This document shows, one piece after another, positions 24,171 to 38,121 of a stretch of DNA of 46,173 nucleotides. The stretch lies in the NCBI GenBank assembly GCA_003427395.1, contig BFEA01000001.1:11555059-11601231 (forward strand), in the 5' to 3' direction. Source of the stretch: Chara braunii. Its lineage: Eukaryota > Plantae > Charophyceae. Numbering within the stretch: position 1 is the first letter of the stretch; each line of letters begins with the position of its first letter. The notes under the pieces are model-generated. The model saw only the letters and a program-made list of their open reading frames with translations. It was not told the DNA's origin and searched no databases. The position numbers and the translations under genes were made by a program.

Positions 24171-27100
24171 ATCGAACTTTGCTACTATACTCAGAACGAA
24201 AAGTTCGGCGTAAAAAATGAGTTAGTGAAAAAATAGTTAACAATGATATGCCTTATCGATACATGTTGCGGTTTTTTGCACTTTCCATTCCTTTTGTCCA
24301 TGGTCGATTGTGGTATGAAAAAGCGAACGTGTTCAAATATAGGATAAATTAAGACAAATAAACTAAACACTATTTACATTCATTTCACGTTATTCAAATA
24401 CAAATTGAAAAAATTGTTCTAGTTCATATTCATTCACATTCTTTAATAATAAGGTATATATTAATGTTCTCATAACACATTAAATTTGAAAGAAAGGATT
24501 GTGACAACTACTAAAAGTTTTGCTAATGATGACCAATTACAAGGAGTGACAAAATATTTTGACACCATTTTATATTCCAACTACAATTACGCAAAAAAAT
24601 AAACAACTCACATTTGCAAAACTGTGAAATAATAATGCATATCTATAAAAAAAAACTTCCATAAAAAATAATAATAAGAGGAAATGTATTACCCCGGTCT
24701 CTACTCTAGCACAGTAGCACATACCGCTCAGCAAAAAAAAAACATTTAACCACATCATCGATCGCACAAGAGTGCATAATTAATTTTCGTGAACTTCTCA
24801 AATCCTTCAACGATTGTCACCCCCCCAATCCGATCACTTAGCGAGTTAGCGCAAGTCCACTATTTCGTTGAGAGACCTGATTTGATTATAATGAACATGC
24901 CCGAACTTTTTGATTCACTAGACTATGATGCTGCCAAACTACCTGATCAGGCTCCTCCGGTTCACCGGAGAAAGACAAAATGCAAAGGTCAGGCTTGTGA
25001 GATCTATATTTGTGTGGAGGAGGAATAATATATGCATAATAATGGTACACAGACTCGAGAAAGGTTAGAAGAGGTTTGTGCATAATTAAACCCGGTGTGA
25101 AGGATTATCTAACATGCATTGCCATTACGAAAATTAGATTGAAAGAAAGTGTTAGGTGGGAATATCAGTTTCATTGAGGAGAAAAGGGAGGGGGGAGAAG
25201 AACAATGGTGATTGTAAGATATTTTTGCATGCACTGAAAGTTATGATGCGTAAGCAATGGCGGAAGCATTTTGTCGGCATGAGCAATAAATTAAAAAAAC
25301 GCGAAGATGAAAAAACAATAGAGCGTTAGACAATTTTTTGTAGAAAAACACGTGTTGTGCTAAAAATATTGGGTAAGGAGGCTTACATACACAAGTCGAA
25401 AATCCTAAGTGCTTTAGTTAAACCATCAATGCCTACCGTTATGACCAGTTGTTTACTCGCTCGGATGAATGAGTCTGCCGCTCACAATATTCATTTGAAA
25501 CAACACTACAGTTTGACTGGTTGTTAACACTCCTTGAGAACCGATAGGTAATGATGGTTTAAGATGAGAAACAAATATGACAATAAACAAAAATCCTATT
25601 TATCTTGCAAATTTGAGAAATAACAAAAATCTTGGAAGTAACTTTTCAAGGTGAAAAGTTTCGACAAAAACAATATCCTTGCCCTTGACGCTGTCAACCA
25701 TCTGCTCTGCACTCGTTTACTATGAGATTACATATTTGTCAAACATGAATTAATATTTTTCAAGCATATCGATATCTATCAGATCAAATTGAAAACATTG
25801 TTTTTAATTCTCTTAGGGACAAATAATTCAAACAATATGTCGAGTTTGCTGATTAACCAATCTTTATTCGTGATTTTTTCTTTGAATGATTTTACTTCAT
25901 AAGTCCAAAGGCAACGTAGTAGATGATCGAGGATTGTAGTATAATAATTTGCGATAGCTTTTCATCTGCTAAAAAATAAGTAAAATTGCAAACCAATTCA
26001 TTTGTTTCTTATGATTGATAAATTGAGTTGTGGAAGCTAATCTACGAAAGAAAGTTTTTTAGACATACATTGGAACATACCAAAGGTGTTACGATCACAA
26101 ACTTGAAAGGTAGATAAAACGTGACAAAGACTTTGAAGAATGAGGATCAATGTTTGGTGGATAAAAGAGTCAAAGGCTAATATAATGCCCACGAGTCTGT
26201 AAAAATAATATTGTATATTGGTGACATACTGTGAGGCATTTCATATGATCACACTATCCAATGGTTCTTCGTCTGCCACCATACAAACAACGATCCGACT
26301 ATGAAATAAATAATTTATGTTTCTCCTGCACTTTTGATTTTGCGTAGATGATATGGTATTTGAGTATGCTTGAAGGTCATAAATAAAATGCGACTCTCAT
26401 GCTAGTCCATCACAACCATATCTGTATAATGAAGGATATAAATATATAACACATTTATTCACAAGCATTTCTTATTTGCCTTCATGTTGTTCCTTAGTTG
26501 TAAGTCTCCACTATGGTCCCCCTTTCTCCTGCACCGAACCCCATGCTTATTGCTATCAGACCTTCACCTACTTGGCGTGTAAACAATCATGTTCAAATAA
26601 TGGACAAACAAAACATCTCATACGAGATTGTATTAAACTTTTAGGGAGTAGCAAAATGTCATCCCTTTGCATCTTTCTATCCTTCGACAAGAATGTTCAA
26701 AAGTATAATATAGAATTATCCAAAGTTTGTAGGGATAATTCAATTGCATCAACCTTGTCCTCATCTGAAGATAAAACCGCAACAACTATCGTCGTGAATA
26801 CAAAAAAGAGTTACCTCCTTGACATGTATTGTAACTCTTATAAAAAACTATGACCAATATAATAATATTGGTTTTGCATAAGTTGATAGACAAAAAACAA
26901 AGAGCCTCAATAAGGGTAGGTTTATCTTTGACAACATAGTCACAATAATTAAGGTACTCGAGGTGGCAAACAAGGAAAAACAAGCGGTCTTACTTTGGAT
27001 CATATTGCACTTAATCATGATAACAACAGAATGGATATCGACAAAAAATCGCTACACTGACGCAACTTTGCCGCTATGCAAATGAACAATGAAAGATTTA

Positions 27101-27852
27101 CCACATTTGTTCCTCGATTACCCAAGGTTTACGTAGTTATGGCAATAGTGAGAAACGACAATACAACAACTTCACCTCCCTTTTAAGATGGAGGATAATG
27201 GGTAGCGACTCTTAGAGATAATTAGGGATGAAATGCTGTGGGTTATTTAGTGTTGATGAAATGAAGAAATCAACAGAGACTATTTTTTTTTCACCCACCT
27301 CGATAGTGGCATATGTTAAACAAAACTTGTGTGTGCCCATCCATGCGGATTTTCGATCAGGTGAGGAACAAAGCAGGGCTTGGGGTTTGGTGGGGGTAAA
27401 CATCGTTTAGACAATTATGAAATGATATGTCGATGCTAATTGAGCTGGAGGGTACGATGGAGGCCCTCATTTTCGTCACTAAACACAAGAATATACGAAG
27501 TACAATATACAAATGGGAATAGTGGAGCAAAAGGTCTAATTGTTTAGGCTTATGGCACAAAAAGGGGGATAAAAAGATAGACGTGGGTAATTTGTACTTG
27601 GTCGGGACAAAGGATTAAAAAGTCGGGGGGGTAGGAGGAGAGAGGGCACTCAAGGTGAACTTAATGAGATTTTAATTGAACTAGATGTTGTGATGCCTGA
27701 GTAGTTGTATAACTCTTATGATCATAAATTGACTCGGCACACCGGTGTTATTAATTAAGTTGGGACGTTGAACCTGATTTCCAGAAGGTGCTTTACCCCA
27801 CCAATAGACCAAGGTTTGCAAAAAAAAAAACAAAAAAAACATAGAGGTAGTT

Positions 27853-29607
27853 GAGAAACGGTTAGCAGAGCCTTAAATTTTTGAGTTTTTTCAGGGTCAT
27901 TACAACAAACATCCCACACCTTTTAAGCCAGACTTGTCACCAATCCAAAAAGTGGACGCCGAATAAACCACCAACATAAAAAAAAAAAGTAAAAAAATTG
28001 GTGAAGGGGCGTAAAACCCCAAGGCAAAAATTTGTTCTCATGCAAAATTTGCTTTTTTCAAAATTTATGAAAGGGAGGCGCAACTACTGGCAAAGTGCTC
28101 AGTCTTTGCGTTAGCCGGACCGCCACCGGCGGCCCCACCCCATCTCTGACTACCGCTGTTGGGGCGGGGTGCAACATGAATTACCTCGTTTGCGAGGCCC
28201 CATGCTTGCAAGGGTCCCCTCTATACTGTCTTAGGAGAAGTGGTAGGAAGGTAGTGAAAGGTGAAAAAGAATTTGAGAGAATAACATAGTATTAAATAAT
28301 AATAATAATAATAAAAATTCAAGATTTTCATGGCTGACCAAAAATATAATCTCCAAAACCCCAACAAACATTAAACTTGGCACACACAGACCTTGACAAA
28401 AAATAAAATTGGGGATATATATATATATAATGCAATTTTTTAAGTTGCGTGGGGGTCAACCTGGGCTAAAAAGTGGGGGTCCTTGTGAACAACTTGTGGC
28501 ATTTCAAAGCCTCCATTTAGCCTCGACCGATCCTTGTATGATTTGTATCTACGAGCAGGTCTTCTGCTAAGGCCATGATAGAACACTCTCAATCATACCT
28601 ACTAAAAGGCATAAGATGCTTCAGTGAAATTGGAAGATGTCGCTTAATATCTCTATCTGCTATACTAGTAAGAGTGTGTTGATGAACCTTTGTGGCAAAA
28701 TTATTCCGTCACTTCGAATTTCAGTGAACCCTTGTGAGGCACATAGACTTTAGTCCACATTGGGAAGGTGTTCCCAAAACTCATCACTTTCAGTGCGGTG
28801 ATAACAAAATTTTAATTTAGATTATCGTTTGTCGAGGAGTTGCATAGCCATCTTACAAGTGGGTAATAGACCCTTCCGTTTCAACCTCATGTAATAGACC
28901 CTTACATTTCAACCTCGTGTTCACCCCTCCAACATCGAAAAGTGCATTTAGCGATAATTTTGTACTTTGTTTTTTCTTTTGCTCTGTTTTATTTATTGTC
29001 AAGGTTTGTGTGTGCCAAGTTCGATGTTTGTCAAGGTTTTATAAATTACTATATTTTTCGTTCTGAAAGTTCTAAAATTCCATAAAAATGAAAAATAATG
29101 AATTTGTTTATACCCCTTTCTGCATAGCACTGTGCTCGTATTCGAAGGCGAACGTGAACATGTTCGCTCGAACGCGAACAAACGCTCCAACCCCCCCAAA
29201 CACAAACATAAAAAATATATTAAAAAAAAAAGTTTTCAAAAGGATTAAAAAAAAAAAAAGTTATGTAAAATATTAATACAAGCAACTTTTGCCTTGAAGT
29301 CATGTTCAAATCCGTAACCAATCATATGTTAAAAATTAAAAAACCAATTTATTTATTTTTTTAAGCGAAAAAACAATTACGTTTGCCCGAACATGTTCCC
29401 GAGCTGTTCGCGCGAACGTGAAGGGGCACGAACACTTTTGCCGTGCTACGCAAACCCCTTTGATCCATTTTTTCACTTTCATTTTTTTTTATTTATTTGG
29501 TGTCCACTCTCTAGGTTGGTGACAAACCTGACTTAAAAGGTGTGAGACATGTATTATAATGAATCTAAAAAAACCCTAAAAATTAAGAGTTTTATTAATC
29601 ATTTCTC
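27853..29607. mobile_element. Degenerate long-TIR non-autonomous DNA element with nested insertions
   Basis: ~27853-28015 is the inverted homologue of ~29455-29607 (CACACCTTTTAAGYCAG...TTGTCACCAA...AGTGGAC); ~28330-28410 is the inverted homologue of ~28985-29060. Confidence 0.7.
29120..29453. mobile_element. 334-bp MITE with 8-bp TSD
   Basis: ACCCCTTT duplicated at 29112-29119 and 29454-29461; termini CTGCATAGCAC...GTGCTACGCAA; subterminal CGAAC/GTTCG motifs. Confidence 0.8.
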
Positions 29608-30890
29608 ATAAACTTGGCAACTTGCCATCACAAGAGAAGGGGATGAGGATGTTGATTGTAGCGGTTTCTAAGACGAGAGAGATTTTCCAAGCCCTTGAGT
29701 CTTCCTTCACCATATCAAACGTATAAAAAAATAATTTTTTAGCGTATGGTCAAATAATTACCCCACGACAATGATAACTACGTTGTAAAAATCTTTGAGA
29801 GAGCGAAAGAGAAATAACAAAAACTAAAGTCTTTGATTTAGATAAGGTAGCTTCCAAAGGTGTTGGCTCAATCTCCAGAACCGTGGTCTACAATATCCCT
29901 TAACAAGTTTTTGCTTTCTTGGTTTACGATGCATTGAGGATCGGTACTCCAGTAAGTGGGAGAGTAATGCAACGCGTAAAAACGAAAATCAACATCCTTA
30001 TTCCCAATTGAGGCCGAACAGGTATGTTGAAATCAAGCTTTTGCGAACAGCTAGTGAATGTATGCCGAACATTGGACCCAAAAACCACTGCGTTTGAAGT
30101 TAATTTTGAAATTTGCAATTGACATCCGATAACAGTGGATCGAAGTCGAGTATCCAATTGAATCCGTTGATCAGCCTCAGATTCACTGAAGCTCAAGTTG
30201 GCTTGTAAGAGTGCTCAAACCTAGCCACTGATCAGTTTATTGGCTCATTGGACATCAAGCCTGGCGACTAGCTGCTGTGTCGCTAAGATTCAAAACCTCT
30301 TATTGACTCGTTGGGGAACTTAAAATTGAGTTATTGATTAATTGACAGATACGCTGGGCATCAAGCCGATGATTAGCTGCTTGTATCCTCACACTCGTTG
30401 AAACTTTCAAAGTCAAGTTTGACCCTCCAGCTGCGAAACAAAATTCAGATCATCGAAACCCCCTTCCGATCATCTCCCGATCGAGCACACGGAGCCAGAA
30501 AGAGGGGATAAGCACAAAAGACAAGGATCTGCAGATGGGATTAAGGTCAAGCCTTTGAAGTGACTTGACTGAATAGTGAAATTCATACCTCTTGATTGGC
30601 GCTTCATTATCTATCCCTGAATTGTTCAGTTGGTTGATTGGTCATTATCTTACTCTGGACAATACTTACTTCTCTTATCTGTTTGTTTTATTTTCCTTCT
30701 CTTACTTGTAAGAAACTGTTGTGAAGCGAAACAACAAAACACTCTTGATCAAGCTACAACTGGATTTTGAACCTACATGAGGAAAGGGAGTATTCTAATT
30801 AAGCAAAATAATTTGTTATGTTTTCATGCTCTGATGACGATATAAAGTTCTCCCATGAGTAAGGATGTGACAGACGATTCTTAAAAAACT

Positions 30891-31002
30891 CCCTGCTGGT
30901 CATTGAGGACCTCGAAAGCGGGCGCAGCGAGTTACAAACGCTCTTGCCCTTGGCTTCAGCGAACAATAGGCGACCCCTTCCCGGGTTTCCTCACAACGGG
31001 TC
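30891..31002. repeat. Conserved structured ~112-nt motif, copy 1 (probable terminus of an unclassified mobile element)
   Basis: Nearly gap-free alignment to 39332-39444; predicted long hairpin. Confidence 0.7.
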
Positions 31003-31049
31003 CAGGCAAAAAATTGAGTCATCGGGATACTCTGTAACAAGGCATTGCC

Positions 31050-32740
31050 CTATTCCCCTGCAGTTAGTGGCGGCATCCCAGCGCATGTGTATTTTATCTG
31101 ATCCGCATTTATTTGTCCTATGATTCCTATCTTCCCAAATCCCAGTGAATAAGAGGTGTTCCCTCTCCTTTGCACCATCGCTGCCCCCGACATTATTTTT
31201 AATGAACCGACGGTCTTTTTTTTTGGTCCCCCAAGGCCTGTTATGACTCTCTTCAACCTGCTCATGGCTAGACCACCCGGTTCCAATATCGGGCGGCTGC
31301 CTACCATCCGAATGACGTTTCTTTGCCAAAAACAAAACTTTTTGGGTGGTTTTGTTTTTATTACGCATGTTTTTAGTATGAGGGTGCATGTGACTGTGAG
31401 ATTGGCCGGGTTCTTCAGTTCACTGGCTTTCATGCTTACCTCTAAATGCGCAGGGAAAGCAACCGGTACGAGGTCGTAAGCAGGGCCGGAAACTCCACCA
31501 AGATCGGGCCAGCCGAAGGCCTCGAAAATGGGACAGCATGATCAGCCTTGACTCACCGGTAATCGTGTAGCTTCTGTTGGACAAAAGGAAGCTGGGTATC
31601 CGCGCAGCTGACCCAGTCCAAGGTAATCTGGTATGAAGTGGCACGGTCGTTCACGTTAAAATCCGCGCGATCTTTCAAATTCGTGGTGGTAGATTGACAT
31701 TCGAGGAGGGGGATGGGCAAGGAGATCATGCCCATCTCGTGCTCCATAGGCAGCAACGGATCGGGGTGCGCGTCTCAGCTGCCAGGGAGGTAGTTGTGCT
31801 GCCGGTAACGGCCAAACAGAGACAGACGAAGGGGGGAAGCACTCTACGACAATATGGGAAATGGGCCCGAACAAGTGCCAACTGCAAGCGAAGGGAGATG
31901 CGCTAGGACCAGAGTGCACGAGCAGAGCAGGTAAACCCGACTGGAAGGGAGATTTTTGTGCATGATCGATCCAATTGTTGGAATGAGTACAACTCTCCTT
32001 TGATCTAGCTCCGCCAGAACTATGTACTCCGCCCATCTGTTATGACTAAGTGCCACCCTGCAAGTTGTCGCGAAAGCCGACTCATGGTCACCTACCTAAA
32101 AGCCGAGAAATAACGAGGGGGAGGAGGGAATCGAGAAGAGCGACGCACGACATGACAGGTAGAGATAATCATGGGCGGCTTTCTTCATAACAACCAACCA
32201 CACGGAGGGGAAGCCTACGACAAACATTAGGCCAGCCCAGTGTGACGCAAGGAAGGTCGGATAGAGGTTTGAGCTCGCATACCCAGTGATGACTGATAAG
32301 CTGCCAAGCGGCAAGACGAAGGGGGGGAGTAACTTGCCTTTCCAGGGAAAAAGTAAAGTTGAGTTCTTGAAGTACTTCCTGCGACCATTCCAAACGAAGG
32401 AGAGAGAAAGTCGAACCTGCAGTGACCGGTTTTTGATTCGGTGATAGATCCGGCCTCTAAGATTGGGGTGCTTCGGCTAGACGCAGGGGAGATCTATATT
32501 GATGCGGCAGACCTGGATGGCATGGTCAATTTCTACGAGGGATCGTGCACTAGCTCTCAAAGATGATCGAACGATGTCCTTACCAAGGAGATGTCCGCAG
32601 TATGATGGGCAGTTTTCTCCTGCTCCAGCTGTCTGTTACGAACAAAAAAAGAGGGAGGCGAAGATATGCAAAGGACCTTGAAATTACAAACCATCTGAGC
32701 TACGGTTGGTAGTGGACCAAGAAGCAAGAGACATCGAGCT
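31050..32740 (-). pseudogene. Degenerate ~550-codon reading frame of unknown function, probably element-borne
   Basis: ORFs 32096-32314, 31844-32056 and 31553-31756 share one frame separated by isolated stops; one frameshift near 31530 joins them to 31050-31433. No motif recognised. Confidence 0.5.
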
Positions 32741-33472
32741 ACTTCGCTAGCTTGGTCGGACAAGCGGGAACGTAAGCTCCCCGGGTTCTTGATAACTGAA
32801 TGAGAAAGGTGCACGCGCCTCAAGTTTCTTGGCAACTGCCGAGGAGATAGTAGCGCGGGGAGCAGCGGATAGGAGGCAGCCCGAGGAGGAAGCATCCTAC
32901 AGGGATGTGAGGAATGCGCGCGGAAGATGTACTTGGACCAGAGTTGGGCAGAAGTACGGGTGGTAGACAATCGAGCTTGGGATTGCGCATCCTGCTTATG
33001 ATCGATCCGACGACTAAAGGAAGGGCGAATCCTATTGGAGAGAGGGACGTTAGGATGGATGAAGAGAAGAAAGAGGGAAAGAGGAGGGGACAAAGAAAGA
33101 GAAGAAAACGAGGGCGGGAGTTAAAAAAATTTATTCAAAATTTTTAAGTTTTGGCACCTTGAGAAGTGGAAACTCGAACCCGCATACGGAAAGCGTGGGA
33201 GAAGGGAGGAGGAGAAGGTATACAAGAAGAAGGGAGTGAGTTGGAAGGGGATGAGAGGAAGGAAGTGTACGAGGGGAATCGAGGCGTTCGGGGGCAGTGG
33301 TAGAAGCGGACGGAGTTGGACTTCGCGAGGAAGAGCGCTCGGGAACTTCCTATCGCCGAAGAGAGCAGAGCGCGGTCTCGACTTTCGCCAGGGGAAGCCT
33401 GGCTCCAGAAAGGAGGTACGGGGAGTGACCAGGGCCAATTCCGAAAGCAGCACACGAAAGTGCTTGCGGCAC

Positions 33473-33490
33473 GAGAGAGAGAGAGAGAGG

Positions 33491-33552
<62 letters not shown>
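33473..33552. repeat. (GA)n microsatellite
   Basis: Directly visible. Confidence 0.95.
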
Positions 33553-33554
<2 letters not shown>

Positions 33555-35497
33555 CATATCTGCAGAAGAGAAGAGAGGAGCGGCAAGCAACAAGTCTTCA
33601 GGCGAGGACAAATGCTCGAGTGCACGGCGGCTCCGACTCGAGGGGGTGCGCCAACAGGTGGCGTTGTCAAGCGCTCCTCGACAGGGTGGGTCCTCCCTAC
33701 GGGAAAAAACGCACAAGGACGAACAAAGCGGAGTGGGTGTTGGAGCACAAGAGAGAGACAGAGAGAGGAAGGGGGAAAGAGAGAGGCGGCACTCGCTCCG
33801 ACGTCGGCCGCCTGCAACTCGTCCAATTGCACACTCACGAGCGAAGTGGGAGGGGAAGAGAGCATCGGAGCTCACGACAGTTTGTGAGACAAGGCTCGAT
33901 GAGCCCGACTACACCAGAGCGCTATTCGTTTAAGCTTGCGGGCTTGGCCTACTGTCAGTGTGTGCGTACGGTGGTAGCAGATGTGCGAGCAAGGAGGTGA
34001 ATGAGGAGAGCGAGAAAGTGAGATGGAGAGTGTAACCGTGAACGTGAGAGAAACGGGCTGGCAATACAAAGAAAGATAGAGGGAGGGAACTCACTCTCGC
34101 ATGTACGTTTCTTTTATGAGGTCGGCTTCGGCTGTCTGGTGAGAGTATCTGGTCCAACTACGGGGGGAGGGATGCACTTCTTCGCTGTCAGAAAAGGGAA
34201 GGGGAGCGGACTTAAGCGAACATGTACGGAGGAGGTCACGAGTGCATAGGTGTAAAAGGATGGGTGAATGCTAAAGTGTGTGGGAGCCAAAGCTTTGTGC
34301 AACTGAGAAAGTTTAGTGACGTGCGACGCTCATAATGCGGGTCCTTTTTGTGTGCTTGTCGGACCAGCTCAATGTTGGCAAGCCCATGCAAGGCAGGAGA
34401 ATTTCAGTTGCAATCGTTGTAAACGAGTCGGGGTTGGGTGCTGAGCGTAGCTAGCCGGGGAGTCCTCTAATCTGCCTTGTGAGTGCTACTCTGTTGGGTG
34501 GGGTCTGTTTCCGCGTTCTGTGCGTTTGAGTCTGCCTGTAGCAGGATACCGGCGCGACCAATCATTTGATGGGTGTTTTCTCGAGTTATGTGCGTTCGAG
34601 TCAGCCTATGGTAAAACACCGGTGTGACCAGCTATCTTAAGCGTATTTTCAAGTTCTAAGCGGTCGGGTCTGTCCCAGGTGAGTCCCAAGGTGACCTGAG
34701 GTCTGAAGGGGGGCCCCTCTAATGGAATAAAATATTTTGAATTCCGTGCTGTTGGGCTTGACCCTCGACTGGCCGACACCGGTGTCAGGCGGCCACAAGT
34801 AGTGCGCCGCCTGAGAGTGGCAGTTTTGGGACTTAGGCTCAGGGATAAGCCCGTGTTTTGACAATACACTGGACTGACCAGGCGGCAGAGATTAAGGGAA
34901 CTTACGGCACCCCTGATTTTGGGTGTGTCGATCATTGAGGCTAGGCCTCGAAATTGTAGAGAAGAACTACCGCTTTGCTGCCCTGACGGCTACCTTATTG
35001 TCTATCTCATTTTCGCCCGCTCCAAGCCTTTTCCCGAAACGACTGGCTACGGGACGGTGATTTGAGAATAGGCTTTGACAAGGCCTTTTTTACGCTGTCC
35101 AACTGACGCGAGAATGGAGCCTCACATTTCATTAATTTTAATATTAAAATTAAAAATAGGAAAAANAATTAAAAGCAAAAGAAGAAAAGAGAAAAACGAA
35201 TATTCTTTGATTTATAAATTTTCCTTGATATTTTATTTTAAATGGAATCACCCTCATTATTTGGTGATTCCGGCATTAGACTTAAAAACAAGAAAAGGGG
35301 ATCAAAAGCAATGAAAAGAGGAAGAAAATAAGAAATTTTGATGTTTTACTGAGTTCCGTCGAAAAACATTTTTGATGAGAATCCTTTTAATTTCGTTAAT
35401 TATGGTATAAAATTAAGAAATAAAAAGAAATATAACTAAAATAATAAAAGGGCGAAGGAACCAACGATTATTTAATATTTGATTTTTTTACTTAAAT

Positions 35498-35747
35498 NNN
35501 NNNNNNNNNNNNNNNNNNNNNNNNNNNNNNNNNNNNNNNNNNNNNNNNNNNNNNNNNNNNNNNNNNNNNNNNNNNNNNNNNNNNNNNNNNNNNNNNNNNN
35601 NNNNNNNNNNNNNNNNNNNNNNNNNNNNNNNNNNNNNNNNNNNNNNNNNNNNNNNNNNNNNNNNNNNNNNNNNNNNNNNNNNNNNNNNNNNNNNNNNNNN
35701 NNNNNNNNNNNNNNNNNNNNNNNNNNNNNNNNNNNNNNNNNNNNNNN
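35498..35747. other. Assembly gap (250 N); sequence to the right (~35.7-39.4 kb) contains scattered Ns and is lower quality
   Basis: N run and isolated Ns. Confidence 0.98.
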
Positions 35748-37741
35748 TCAGCATCACCGGTTGACTATTTCCGATTTGACATTGGTCCGGTTTGGGCCAC
35801 TGCCGCATAGACTGGTAAATTCAGCCTCGGCATTGGTATGGCAATGGTTCGGTATTATAACGGGACTGAGGTATTGCACGGTATTTGACATTGTTTCAGC
35901 CTCGGCGCCGGTATGGTTCAGGGTATTCAGACTCGGATTTGGTGCGGTATGGTGTANCACTAGTTCGGTACTATTATTCCTGGGCCAGTATCGGCTCGGC
36001 ACTGGACGTACTACAGGTTCGGTATTGGTCCGGCATCGTTGTGATACGCGCCACAACATTATTCTCAGGCTCGGTATTGCACTGCCATCAGAGCGGAACG
36101 GATTACTGCAGCCCAGATTGATCATTTCAACTGGTTACCTCACGGGCCACTGCGATGTGGAATTGTTATCCTGGAACAAGCGCTCACTAGAGATTCTTCT
36201 GGTACGGCAACCGGATCAGGAACAGGCCGGAACATTGGTCTGCGGCAAAGCGCGGTACACAGATTTGGACATGCCACGGTACGCTGGTCCGGTACAGACG
36301 GTACGGTTACTGGAACAATATTGATACAATCTACTACTGTTCAATGTTGAGATGGCTGGTCGGACCATTGAGACGGTGGCACATGGTCAATGGTTCAGAT
36401 TGGTACGGTCCAAGATTCGGCACCGACAGGTTACTGGGACAGAACACTACGGACTGGACCCCAGGACGGTAACAGGTTGTTGCGGTCTTAGGTCCAATCT
36501 GCAACGGTTGCGGTACTCCGGTTTGATGGTACTAAGCCTTTCTGCAGTTTGATACGGGAATGGTACATGNATATTTACGGATACGGCGCTGTGGGCTGAT
36601 TTGGGGCGGCAGAGGACCGCTANTTTTGGTACAAGGTGCAGCGCTGTACAAGTCGGAACAATATTCGGCTGACGGTACTTCCGGAAGGAGGCACTGTGAC
36701 TCCTCACGATTCCTGGCACCGGAATGGTTCAGAAAACCAGGCCTGGTCCCCTCCTCCGAGCCAAGCCACAGTCCAGAAGGAATATAAGGGAGACCGGCTG
36801 GGCACGCGGGGGACAGTGCGCCAGGTGTACGCAGTCCACTCATGGGATCGGACAGGAGAGCTCGAGTCCGCTTGGGGACCGTGCGCCAGGCGTACCCAGC
36901 GATCATCGTAACTCAAGGCAGGAGGGGGCTGCATGCAAGGCGTCCCCCGCCCACGTAGCAGGCACANCGGGAGTGGGAGACAGCGCGTGAGAGGGAGAGT
37001 ACCACATCTCCGCTGATCACGCCCAGATGCACTCNAACAAGATCCCACATCTCCGCTGATCACGCCTAGATGCACTCAAGCAANATCCAACGAGCAGGCT
37101 CAGAGGANAGGGGTGATGGCTCAGGTAAGTGAAGAGGAGAGCAGGATGATTAGAACGGGAGAGAGACAATGTGCGTGGGAGTGGGAGGTGTGAATTGCGA
37201 CCAGATGCATTCAAGATCGCGGTCAAGAGNCCGCTCAGGCTATCCGCGCAAGAGCGAGAGGTCATTAAAGCACGAGGGAGANATAATCAGCGACATGAGA
37301 GACAGACTGGTCATCTACGAAAGAGATACACACGGTCTATCTACTCTACNAACTAATTGACGTGTGAGAGGACAAGTCAGAGCACATCTGATCTACTTGG
37401 ANAGCCGATCTGCGACTAGGAATGTTGATCAGGTACGGTGAAGCAATTAGGTGCATAGATCTAATTAAGTGCTCGTGGCTGATCGAGTGCAGGTGGACTG
37501 AACTAACTGAGGGGCGGGCCTCATTCACACCCGGGGTTCTGGACCCTAGCCAGTGCACGAAGGGGGATTTCCTCTCCATCCAATCAATGAATGTGCAGCC
37601 AGATACCGATCAGCGGGCATCTGGAGGCAGTTACATGTCCGGGAGAGTTCAATCAGTGAATGGGAGAGGACATATCAGCGCGAGTTTCCGTTCTCCGTTA
37701 GGAGGACTCGCTGCTTCCACTTGAAGAAAACACGAACGCAT

Positions 37742-37765
37742 CACACACACACACACACACACATG

Positions 37766-37807
<42 letters not shown>

Positions 37808-38005
37808 GCTCCTAAACGATAGCAACAGTCAGTAGGCAGAGTGAATGAATCTGAACGGTGTTGTGAGCCAGNTTGGTCCAATATTCTCTATCAAAAAGAA
37901 AAGAAGTGGGTATAGGCTTGCTAGCGCACGCAAGCGCAAAGGAAGTTCAACTGAAAGATAGAGAGAGAGAGAGCAGGCTCACAGAGAGAGAGGGGGCAGG
38001 GACTG

Positions 38006-38041
<36 letters not shown>

Positions 38042-38089
38042 TCAAAGCTCACGCAGAGAGAGAGGGACAGGGACAGAGAGAGAGAGAGA

Positions 38090-38121
<32 letters not shown>

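Noticed and set aside
33144-34000. Long RE/SL-rich ORFs on both strands
   Set aside because: Stop-free frames arise from the GA microsatellite and GC-rich repeat; no domain evidence.
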